Below, piece after piece: positions 52,075 to 63,000 of a DNA stretch of 64,000 bases (positions are counted from its first letter, which is position 1; each line of letters starts with the position of its first letter). Under the pieces are notes generated by a model, which saw only the letters and a list, made by a program, of their open reading frames with translations, had not been told where the DNA came from and did not search any database. Position numbers and translations under genes: made by a program. Source of the DNA: Callorhinchus milii (Eukaryota); NCBI RefSeq assembly GCF_018977255.1, contig NW_024704742.1:90894001-90958000 (forward strand), written 5' to 3'.

Positions 52075-52478
52075 GTAGCAATTTCCAGTCATCAACTGAT
52101 TTAGGGATAGCCGAACTCCAGACCTACTCCATCTGTTGTACATAACAGGACTTTGCTGTATCATTTTATTCCAGTATTACAGCCGGATCCAAGACAGTTC
52201 CATGTTAATTCACCTTCAGCATTATCTTATTCTATTCTGTTATATTCTTTTTTATGCTGATTTAACTGTTGTATTTGCCTGGTTTCTTGAAATGTTTGGG
52301 TGTCATATCCCACCCTGGAGGTGGGATCCATATCCTCCAAAATTGTTCTCTGGTTGTCTGAAAATCAGCTCCATTGGCCACTGTTTCAGCCAAGCGAGGG
52401 TTTAGATGTTCAAACATGACCTGGTGGAATCACTGAGGTCATCAGACAATCCTTTTGACATAGTATAAAGTTCATGGT

Positions 52479-52801
52479 GGAGTCCTGTAGCTCAGTGGTT
52501 AGAGCACTCGCTTTGCAAGTGAGAGACCTGAGTTCAATTCCAGGCAGAGGGCGAAACCTTGGGCAAGTTTCCTTACTCCACACAGAGCCTAATAATAATC
52601 CCTCCAAAAAAACAAAAACAATAATAATTTGGTCATTTTCAATCTACGACTGTTTGTGGGACATTGCTGTGCGCAATTGGCTGCTGCGTTCGCCCACAAA
52701 TATACAGTCAATTCACTTTACAGTGTGTTCTGTGAAGCGCTTTGGGATGTCCTCCCGACGTGAAAAGCACTATATCAAATGCAAGGATTATTATTATTAT
52801 T
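52479..52801 (+). mobile_element. Full-length type B SINE, short form, with intact Pol III A and B boxes
   Basis: A box tagctcagtgg, B box gttcaattcc, stem-loop ctcgc-tttgcaa-gtgag (TGC, Ala-like), (ATT)n tail. Confidence 0.93.
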
Positions 52802-53164
52802 AAAAGGACAGATGGTTCAACAAGAATCAGTTTTTGAGGCATCCTTTTCCCTGACTGCTGGAGACTTATCTATTTGGTGCACTTATAGGAGTTAAAATTA
52901 AACAAATTAAATGGATTTAGCCTATAGTACTCCAATACACATTCTGGGGGTATAGGATATACAAGTAACTCTTATCATGGCATTATAGTATCTCAAAGTG
53001 CTTCACAAGTTTCACTGTAAAGTGTAGTGACTGTATTTAAAGGCAAATTAAACATTTAATCTGGGGGATTGCTGGAGAAACTTCCTAGTCATCAAAAATG
53101 TAAAAATGGCTTTTGAAAATAAAGTGGTATGAGATGTGAATACTTATTGTCCTTCATAATATTA

Positions 53165-53274
53165 ATTATAATCCTCACATTTGATACAGTGCCTTATCAC
53201 ATCATTGAGATGTCTCAAAGCACTTCACAGAATATATTGCAAAGTGGATTGACTGTGAATTTTGTGGGCGAAAC
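53165..53274 (-). mobile_element. SINE 3' fragment ~95 nt upstream of the BNC2 acceptor
   Basis: ataatcctcacatttgatacagtgccttatcac...tttgtgggcgaaac. Confidence 0.88.
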
Positions 53275-53368
53275 ATACTTATTTGGATAAAAAACACCAA
53301 AGATAAATCAACTCAAAGGTTTTTTTTAGATTTATAAAAAAAGTATGATTTTCCGTTCTTTTCCTCAG

Positions 53369-53604
53369 CCTTGGACAAACTCAGCACTCAGCACCTCTAC
53401 CATCCGACCCAGGTGGAGATAGTTCAATCCAACGTGGTGTTTGACATCAGCAGCCTGATGTTGTATGGGACCCAGGCTGTCCCCGTGCGTCTCAAGATCC
53501 TACTTGACCGGCTCTTCAGCGTGCTCAAACAGGAGGAGGTGCTGCAGATCCTGCACGGCCTGGGCTGGACACTCCGTGACTACGTCCGTGGCTACATTCT
53601 TCAG
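53369..53604 (+). CDS. BNC2: Basonuclin-2 next internal coding exon (236 nt, phase 1 to phase 0): (A)[78 protein letters not shown]
   Basis: Within ORF 53371..53715. Acceptor ttcttttcctcAG, donor CAG|GTAGGA. Split codon G+CC (Ala) joins the previous exon in frame. BNC2-type residues ([28 protein letters not shown]). Confidence 0.97.
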
Positions 53605-54133
53605 GTAGGAACGTGCAAAAAAAAAACACCACAAACTAACTCCAGCTTCAATTTGGTACTAATTGTTTCAGTCAGTCAACCTGATCGTGGGATTTTGTTG
53701 AGTTGTGTGGGATAGAACTTATTCCTTTTTCAGCTAGCACTCCAAGCACCAGAAAACTACCTCACTGACACGACAGTAAGTGTTGTCACAGGTATCCCAG
53801 CTTCCAGCTTGTCTGGCTTTAATGTTTTGAAAGAGTTTTTTTTAGACTTGCATTGGGTATCTGGGTACGTGTGGTATGTTGCACTTTTGCAGCGTAGCCA
53901 GGCATTGTAACTTGCTCTGATTTCTTCCTTGTGAATTGTGAATCACAGTTTGAGGCAAAACCCTCATTTGTCTAAGGAGAAAATAAAATAAAAACTACAT
54001 ATCAGTAGGGATGAAGATGTATTAACAGATCACAGTCAATTTCAAAACTTCATAGTACTGCATTGTGTTTCTCTTACTTTATGGAGGACCAGTAAATAAT
54101 CTATCCTCCACTATAAATTAACATATTTTATTT

Positions 54134-54588
54134 ACAACAACAACTTGGGTTTATATAGCGCCCTCCTCTCTGGACGGCGTCTCAGAGCGTTTCACAGTAA
54201 CGGATCCCGGGACCAAGCCAGGGGGAGGGGGAGGAAGGTGACCAAAGGCACGGTCGAAGAGAAAGGTCTTCAGCAGGGACTTGAAAATAGGAAGAGAGGG
54301 AGCGAGGCGAAGGGAGTGAGGAAGGGAGTTCCAGAGCCTCGGGGCTTAGTGGCTGAAGGCATGGTCGCCGAGGGTGGAGCGGAGGACTCGGGGGACGAGG
54401 AGGAGGCCAGACCCAGAGGAACGAAGGCAACAGGTACTGTTTTGAGGAGGAGGAGGTCAGAGAGGTAGTGGGGTGCAGAGGAGTGCAGGGATTTGATTAC
54501 AAGGGTGAGGATCTTGAGGTTGATCCTTTCTGGGATAGGCACCCTGTGCAGTCTGGCAAGGACTGGGGTGATCAGGGAGCGGAGTTTG
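54134..54588 (-). mobile_element. L2 LINE 3' fragment
   Basis: RINLKILTLVIKSLHSSAPHYLSDLL (ORF 54270..54542); (AAC)n tail. Confidence 0.92.
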
Positions 54589-56278
54589 GTGCTTAAAAAT
54601 TAAGAATGAAAACAAACCGCTTTTTGGGGAAAAAATCTCATTCGTAACACTGCTGTCTGTTTTCAAGAGGATTAGATTCCTTCTGTTAGAAGATTGAGAT
54701 GACACATGCCCAGGGTGCTTGCAAAGTGTGCTGATGTGCTTCTCTCCTGCCGTGTGCTGTGCACTCGTTTCCTAATGATTCCCTTAATCGGATGTGCCCC
54801 AGTTAGGGTGAGTTTGCTTTGGATGTGATTGGGTTTCCCCAAAAGAAAAGAGCACAGCCACCAGCCCAGATGTGCTCTCTCTGAACAAGTTCAACCGCTG
54901 TAAGCTTTACATTTTATGTGCTCTGGCAGCTGTGAAACTCTATCCAGTCCTGACAGTTTCAGCTCCACTAGCTTTCTGCATTTTTTCGCCTAACAAGATC
55001 TATGCATGAATGCATTTCATTGGGATTAATAGCGAGCGCACAGGCACCCTTGGTGGGATAATTTTCCCCTCTTTTATATTTGTTTAACATTGCATTGAAG
55101 CAACAGTCAAACTACCTGGTGAGTCATATCACTGACAGAAACCAGTCGTTAATCAAGAATATAGCTTCAGGCTGTGTAATTGTCATGGTGTTGTTACCTT
55201 CAAGCAGAAAATTCCCAATCTGTAAATAAATGGGGCAAAACGTGTTCACGATGATGGTAGAAAATTGACTTGGGTGGACAGCCTTTGGAATCAAATTGGC
55301 CCAAGAGAGTTTTAAAGATAATTCCCTCCTACCCAACTGTACGTCATAAATTCCGTAGTCTTCCAGTGCACTTTAAAAATGGTGCCGTTTGTTATACTTT
55401 GTTGCCCTACACAAACCTTCTCCCGAGATTGGAGGAAGTCTGTGGGCAGAAGGCCAAAGCTGCTAAATGAAGCTTTGAACTAGCCGCTTCTGATTGAAGT
55501 GGCAGTGGAACGAACAAAGCTGGTATAAAGTTTACTGCCCTCCATTGCTTTGGTGTTTGTATCTGCTTATGTTTACATGGAAGGAATGGCTTTAAAAAGG
55601 GGTCAGAAAGAGTTCTGATAAGGTGGAAAGGCATCAGAAGGTGTACATTAAATGTATCATTTTGCTCTGCCACAGCAGTCAGCCTCTGTTCTGCATCAGA
55701 GCTGCTGCTGGGAAGTCAGGAGAATTGCAGACCGCAAGTGCAAATCAATACATTACATTTTACTTTAATTTTGTTTGAAAATAACCGTACCCTTAATCTA
55801 ATAGCAATAATAGACTCAAAAGTGTGTGTTTGCAAAGATCCAGAGTTTAAGCAGCTCTGGGTCTTTGTTTTGTGCACTTGTCTTCACGCAGCCCCTGAAA
55901 CACATGATAAACGCACATCTTCTTGTTAATTACGGCCTCATTTTTGCACTGCTCCCTTCTGAGGCTGTTCACTGCAGACCATCACCACTCTATTGATAAA
56001 GAGACGAGAAAAGCTTTGCAAGTTGATATCCCAGGCTGTACCTTTGCTAGTTGCAATGATTGGAAATTGGAGCCCTAAGGTGTGATAAACCATATAATGA
56101 CACCATTAGGTGGGAGTTCTGACTGAGGCTGACAGTAAGTGGGTCACCACATAAACATTCAGCGCAATATTGAAGTCTTGTTGCTTTCAGCTACACATAC
56201 ACTCAAGTGAAGGCAGTCATTAGGATGAATAAAAAAGATCCGGAAAGACTTTCCTCAGAAAGACATCCTCATCGCCGG

Positions 56279-56821
56279 AGGTCTGAAAATTCTCATGGTT
56301 TTTAGCCTAAAGATTATCATTCCCTTAAAATTTAAGAGAGTGCAGAATTTTGAAAAATTCTTCAATTCAACCATAATTTGAAAGCTGGTTTTCTTCTGAT
56401 CCTAGGGGAGTGAGTGACTAGAGGACATAGATATAAAAGAGAGTCACAAGAAGAACGAAAGGGAGAGCTTAGGAGAATTTTTTTTCTCACAGAGAGTTAG
56501 TGGGATATGGAATGCCCTGGCAATTAATGTGGTCGAGCCATAGTCCACTGCAGTTTTCAAGAGGGTAGTAGACAGGTGTGTATGAAGGTTAGAGGCTTGA
56601 AGGGGATTGGGTGGAGCAGTGGAATTGAATGAACAACTTGTTCTGAGAGTTGGTGTAGATTTAATAGCTACCCCTGCGGTGTAAATTTCCATGATTCTAT
56701 AATTCTAACTGTGGAAAATCACCGTCCAAATTAAGACTGAATGTAATAATTTTCCAAAATTTTCTGCACTTTCTTAAATGATGAGACAATGGTCTGATGG
56801 CTAATACCTTGAGAAAGGCCT
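56279..56821. mobile_element. Palindromic MITE-like element (arms 56279-56400 and 56708-56821) with a CR1 3' fragment (~56403-56707, +) in its centre
   Basis: atttaagagagtgcagaattttgaaaaatt versus reverse complement atttaagaaagtgcagaaaattttggaaaatt. The insert has FFSQRVSGIWNAL and FKRVVD remnants and an attctat tail. Confidence 0.85.
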
Positions 56822-57188
56822 GGAATCTAATGCCATTTTGGAGCCTGAATTTCCACTTATTTTAAGACCATTTTGCTTTAAAATTCAGAATAGTTGAAGA
56901 TGGTAACTGCTGCTGTAGGGGGTGGCAAGAGCCACCTAAAGAGCTGGGGTTTGCACCAGGGATCATCGAGACAATTATTAAATCATTATCTCTTAGGTCA
57001 CCAGCCTCCATTGCTCTCTGGCTGTGGATTGGCTGAACTACCAGGATTTCCATAACTAAGTTGTTGGAGAACTTTCCCAGATAGCTGGATGCTCCAGGGT
57101 CTGGAAGTTAAGTCACTGCTCATGTATGAGTTTGAGCTTGCCTGTGCGATATTGGTTGGCTCACAGTGTAAGTGGGAGTGCGTGTATA

Positions 57189-57390
57189 TAATAATAATTC
57201 TTGTATTTGATATAACACCTTATCATGTCTTCGAGATGTCTCAAAGCACTTCACAGAATATACTGGTAAAATGTATTGACTGTATGTTTGTGGGCAAAAC
57301 ATGGCAGCCAATTGCGCATAGCAGTGTCTCACAAACAGTCATGGATTGAGTGACCAAATTGTTTATATTGTTATTTTGAAGGGATAATAT
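57189..57390 (-). mobile_element. SINE 3' half
   Basis: ataataattcttgtatttgatata...cacaaacagtcatggattgagtgacc. Confidence 0.9.
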
Positions 57391-57644
57391 TATATTATAT
57401 ATTTTGACATTGGCTTTTCTTATGAAAGACTTTTTTTCCTCCTATAAATAACGCACTTTGTGCTAAAAAAGCTATGGAATGTAGGGGTAAAAACAGAGAC
57501 ATTCAAAGTCGAATTATCACATCATCAGAAAGGACAAACCAAACTTGTGGACCGGTTTGGGAGTGTGAGAATAACTTACCCCCATTTCCTACCCCCACTT
57601 TGACACAACCGTTTGGTCCAAAGTTGTTCGCAGTATCCTTGCAT

Positions 57645-58016
57645 AGAGTACTGTAGGGTATTTGTTAGCGCACTCGCCTCGCAAGCGGGAGGACCCGGGT
57701 TCAATTCCCGGACAGGGTAAAACCTTAGGAAAGTTTTCTTATTCCACATGCCTCTGTCAATATGTAGGAACTGCTTGTTAGTCAATTCACAAATTGCTTT
57801 CCAGGAGTAATAATCCCTACAAAAAAAAATGTTTTAAATAATAATTTGGTCACTCAATCCATGACTGTTGTTGACATTGCTGTGCACAATTGGCTGCTGA
57901 GATTCGCCCACAAAATACACTAGTCAATTCACTTTACAATATATTATGTGACGCATTTTGTAACATCTCTATAACTTGATAAAACGCTGTATCAAATGCA
58001 AGGATTATTATTATTA
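57645..58016 (+). mobile_element. Type B SINE, long form
   Basis: ttagcgcactcgcctcgcaagcgggaggacccgggttcaattccc head, extra segment, (ATT)n tail. Confidence 0.92.
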
Positions 58017-58071
58017 ATATCCAAGTAGCGACATCATTATATTTGCTGTCTGTGATTGGGACCTTTCAGTT

Positions 58072-58220
58072 TAATAATCCTTGCATTTGATATAGTGCTT
58101 TTCAAGTCGGGAGGACGTCCCAAAGCGCTTCACAGAACACACTGTAAAGTGAATTGACAATATATTTGTGGGCGAACACGGCAGCCAATTGCGCATAGCA
58201 ATGTCCCACAAACAGTTGTA
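58072..58220 (-). mobile_element. SINE 3' half, tail-to-tail with the previous copy
   Basis: taataatccttgcatttgatatagtgcttttca...gtcccacaaacagttg. Confidence 0.92.
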
Positions 58221-58739
58221 GTGTCCCACAAACTTCAAATTAGGACACTGCAGTCACTTGAAGTCAACATCTGCGCAGTTTGCTTCATTCTGGAGTTTGT
58301 TTCATTTCAAACTATGTCCTGAAAAAAAATTTCCACTTTCAGTTTTACCTTTTTAACCATTTATAAGAACATATTGATAATTGCTGTAGATGGCTGGCAG
58401 TCATTTACCACACACAGATTATGTTGGCTCCATGTACACACAATGAGGCCGTAAAAGTGAGAAATTCTCAAATGACACTTTGTTATATTCATTGTATTTC
58501 AAAATTTGCAGCCAACAAATCCCAAATCCTAAACTGGAAAAATCCGGCGAAAACCGGTGAACAAAACACCGATGGGAAACGGATGGTCATAAATTGTGCC
58601 ACAAATTTCCCTGTAGGCTCCATTGACTGTGTCCTAGGGGACCTTTGAATCTGTGCAGGTGCCTATTGAATATTCATGCGAGTAGTTCCCCAAAGGCTTT
58701 GTGGCTAATTGCACACGCCATGTTAGTTACAACAGTGTC

Positions 58740-58945
58740 ATCAGACAAGGGAGAGAACAATTCAGCCGGAGTTTCTGCTGATTGCTTTCCAGTGAGTCGT
58801 TCCTGAAAAGGGCAGAGAGCAGATATCTTGGGAGGACAGGATAGGGCTCGGCTGCAAAATACCCCTTGTTCGTCATTGGCTTGCTAAAACTCACGAGCCA
58901 AATAGGCAAGTGAATTACAGTCACTTGGGGCTGGCGCTGAAAGGG
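58740..58945 (+). mobile_element. Ancient SINE-like element related to 50892-51090
   Basis: ttcagccggagtttctgctgattgc...gaggacaggatagggctcggctg. Confidence 0.55.
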
Positions 58946-59790
58946 TGCAAGTATGTACATGTGTAACAAACCCCAACATCAATCTACTTCTTCTGATGTA
59001 GGTATGATTAGTGTTTAATCCTTATTCCTTCCCCTTCTCCCCCCCATCCCTAATCAACAGTGAGGTATCCTCAATCTTTGCAATCACCAGTGAGGTTTCT
59101 GAGGGTGAATGTAAAGTGTTGCCAGAGCTCTTTGAGTCTGTTTAACAACCTCCTTCATCTTATTCTTTTTCTTGGCAACAGCAAAATGGAATCCATTCTG
59201 GTCTGACTGTCATGCCACAGCTGCGATGGTTTTTGTACTGAGTAAGTTAATAGGAAATGAAGGGCCTAATCCAGTCTTCAAATATTAGTTACCAGTTAAT
59301 TAGGTAAATACATGGAGATGTATTGATTTCCCCAATTAAGAGTTCTGCAGGCAGACCGAATACATTTTACAGAATTGCATGATTCCAGCGAGTAATAATA
59401 ATATAAAGCAAGCCACACTGTGGCCTCACATTCACTACAATGTGGGGTGCGGGTGGGTAAGAGAAATGGATCTGATCCTGGGTAGGATATCACTTCCCCA
59501 TTTCTATTGACGTTCCGCACGTTTCTGTCAAGATAATGCAGAAATGGCGTGAGCCTCCTTCATTAAAAGATTTTCTCCTTGTAAAAGGACAAAACAGAAC
59601 CAAACACATGGTACATATACTGGTAATACTTTATAGATCACTTTCCCGCACAGAATATCCAATTGTGTGGTTCTGGGACACTACCCTGCATGAGGGGCGC
59701 TACATAAATGCAAGTTGTTGTTGTTTATAAACTGTTCAGTGTCTGAGAGGCGGCTTTCAAAACACAAATATGAAAGGACGCAGGTTCAGA

Positions 59791-59945
59791 ACTGTTTGTG
59801 GGACACTGCTGTGAGCAATTGGTTGCCGCGTTTCTCCCACAAAATATACAGCCATTTCACTTTACAGTATATTCTGTGAAGCTCATTGAGACGTCCCAAT
59901 GATGTGTCAAGGCGCTATATCAAATTCAAGGATTATTATTATTAT
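59791..59945 (+). mobile_element. SINE 3' half
   Basis: actgtttgtgggacactgctgtg...caaggattattattatta. Confidence 0.9.
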
Positions 59946-60444
59946 AGTTGTCCTGTTGAATATTACACACCAGGCAATGGAACATCACTACTATCCTGCA
60001 CTCAAGCACTCCCAGGTTAGATAAAGCACAGCCAGATACATACAGATTCCTCTACTCTGGTCCCAACAGAGTGTTTTTAACTCGATGTCAAAATTGCATC
60101 CTCTACTGACCAGAGTGAAACTTTCCACATTGGTCACCATGTGGTCTCTGAGTCAGATCACCGATTAGGGTTAGGCGTGGGCCAGCTATAGGCTCATATC
60201 AACTGAGAGCTGGATTCAGACTGGACAAACTAACCTTGCACAGGTCCCTTACAGCCAACAGATAAAAGAGACATTCATCCAATTGGTAAACCCTAACTCT
60301 CAGCAGTGAGAGCTCAGAATGCAATTGATTGCTGTACTTTTCCACCCAGCACAGACAGCAATCCAGCCCCAGCACTAATAACTGTATCATGGTCAATCTG
60401 TTATTATAATCAAACCTGTCTGCAGTATTTCAACGTGTGAATCA

Positions 60445-60960
60445 CCAAACCTTGATTTCCTCTGTGTCCTTCGATGGGGCAGTGAAAATCTAGCTTTTTT
60501 TCAATTCTTCAAAGACAAAGTTTCTCCATGTCTCCTGTAAGTCCAGCAACTTATCTTTGATGGCTCCACTCTTCATCCTTCTTCATCTATTGACATTCCT
60601 GGCTTGACTATATCCTCTTATCTTAGATGGAATTCTCACATCTCCACCATTACTAAAATCGCCCGAAGGAAGCTTGTTTTCCTCTTTCATGGAAAATACT
60701 TCCTTCTCCCCTTGACAACCCTTGATTCTCTAAAAAAAACATCTATAACTTGAATACATTTTCTATATCTGGGGAGGTTCTTGTCCTTGTGGACAGGATA
60801 CAAGAAAAGACTTCTTGTCTGAGAGGTAATTTGTCTTTTCACATCTGTTCTCCTTTATCTTCCTCTCTTTTGCCTTTTTTTGTCTATTTTATCAATTATA
60901 CTTTGGTCAAAGTTCCTCTGAACACCAAACATGCTCTAAATAACCTCACCATTGTTAAAT
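60445..60960 (+). mobile_element. Degraded LINE RT C-terminal fragment distinct from the local CR1 and L2
   Basis: Manual translation across frameshifts: VLRWGSENLAFF/NSSKTKFLHVS and FDGSTLHPSSSIDIPGLTISSYLRWNSHISTITKIARRKLVFLF. Confidence 0.75.
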
Positions 60961-62558
60961 CCATTGAAGGGCACTAAATAACTACAATTTGTTGTTGTAA
61001 ATATAACAGTTTTTTTTCCTTCTCCTTGAATCCTTATCTCATTCTCTTTACTCAAAATTGAAACTCCCACTCATCTCTTCATCCCACAATCTACTGGGTT
61101 TTTTAAAAAAAAGCTTGGTTTCAGCTGCCCATCATTGTCTAATTTAATTCATCCTCACAGAATTATTTTCGATTTTCGTGGCATTCTGCATCTTGTGGGG
61201 TTCCTCGATTTTTAAAAAACAAACCTAGAAGCGATGCATCCCAGTCACTAACCCCTCTGTGAGATAGATGAGAGACAGAATCTCATATGGTGTTCTTCAA
61301 ACTTTGGGGCTGGTTGGGTAGACAGCGAGGGTCTTCTTTCCCAGTAAATTCTTCTGTTACTAGTCTGAATATCGTATTGTATGAAAAATCTAGAACTTGC
61401 TGTGGTCAGCAACAGCAATGACAGTCAATCCCAGCAGAGCTATGGGCTCAGTAACAACAAGAAAAAATCTAAAGTTTGCAACATATAATTACAAAACAAT
61501 ATTAATGAGCACTCTGGTCATGTTTGGGTTTGGGTAAAAGTTGCCTGACCCCCTCGATCTGATTATTGCTCAGAAATCATTTCCAGGTGCAGTATGTATC
61601 ATTCTCCCTGACCCTTACATCTTCCCTGAATATTCAGTCTATTTTTATTTTATGTTCTATATTCTATGTATTTTTTAATATTCTATGTTTTTCTTTGCTG
61701 AATTCTATTTGAATCCTCTCAAGCACTGCACATGTCTCATGCACAACATTCAAAAATACAAGAAGGTTGGAATTTGACAGCTTATTTTAAAACTACTGTT
61801 AATGGAATGTTTCTTTGCTGTAATCTTTTGATTAATGGCTCAGTAACATGCCACAGGAAAGAACTGTATAAGATGTGTGATTAGACCTGTGTTCATATCA
61901 TACAGTTGGGCAAATTCAATTCATTACCTAGTCAATTCCTCTTTCATTGCAAAATATTTGATATGTATTTTATCAATTAAAGCTGCATTCTCTGTTGTTA
62001 TTGCAGAAATCAATACTATTCTGCAAAATAAGTATCTCCACAAGATAGTGTAATTTAAATCCATCACTAGGAAAAACAATTGTATTCTAAAGCAGTACGT
62101 TTTACTGCAGTACTGCAGAGTTGCTTGAGTTTTGGGAGTTCCCAATCTCACCTGTGTGAAACGGAGAGAGCATGGAGAAGAGCAAGGGAAATATCCCAAA
62201 ACAATTCACCATGGGTGGTCTTGTGTACCTCTGAGATGCTGCTTTAGCAGAAAAGCCTGTGAGTCGGTTGCTTCTTCTCTGTGCTGTCCTAGCAGTTTGT
62301 GGCATAGCAGATGTAAAGAGAAAAGACTGGTGCATTGCTTTTAAAAAGAAGAAATTTACATTATCAATCTCACCACCCATTTTGTATTTTCTCAATTTTG
62401 ACCCCCCCTTTCTATGTAGTGAATTTTCATTCCATGCAAGTGGTTTAGCTAGAGACTATTTTCTGTTAGGCTTCATCCAATGTTGCTCTGGAACTAGAAG
62501 TCATGAGGGGCACAATCACAATAGACCACTTTATCTGATGATTTTTGTCTCTGTCCTT

Positions 62559-63000
62559 ATAATAATAATAAATTATTCTTGTATTTGATTTAGGGCCTTT
62601 CGCATCAGAAGGACATCTCAAAGCACTTCACAGGATTTACTGTAAAGTGGAGTGACTGTGTATCCTGTAGACAAGCACGGCAGCCAATTTTGTTCATGGC
62701 AATCACAAACAATTTTGAAAGGGATGACCAATTTTATCTGGGGGATTGTTGGCCAGTATACCACGATAAACTTCCTTCTCTTTTTGAATATTGCCATGGG
62801 ATTTTTAGTAACCACCTGAACAGGCAGGTGGGACCTTGGTTTAATGTCTCATCTGAACGATGGTTCCTCCAACACTACAGTGCACCCCACAGCACTGTAT
62901 TAGAATTTTCAGTCTTTAGATTGTGAGTTCAAAGTCTCCACATGGAGCTTGAACCCACAACCTTCTGACCCAGAAGCAAGAGTGCTACCGACACAGCCAG
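62559..63000 (-). mobile_element. Full-length type A SINE
   Basis: Reverse tail, body, core (ccacctgaacaggcag, ggtttaatgtctcatc) and head (ttgaacccacaaccttctgac). Confidence 0.92.

Noticed and set aside
52479..52552. tRNA-Ala gene (also the heads at 5878, 31430, 38660 and 57645)
   Set aside because: No proper acceptor stem or T-arm closure, and each continues into a repeated SINE body; these are SINE heads.
53605..53715. C-terminal extension of ORF 53371..53715
   Set aside because: Intron read-through past the GT donor at 53605; basonuclin similarity stops at YILQ.
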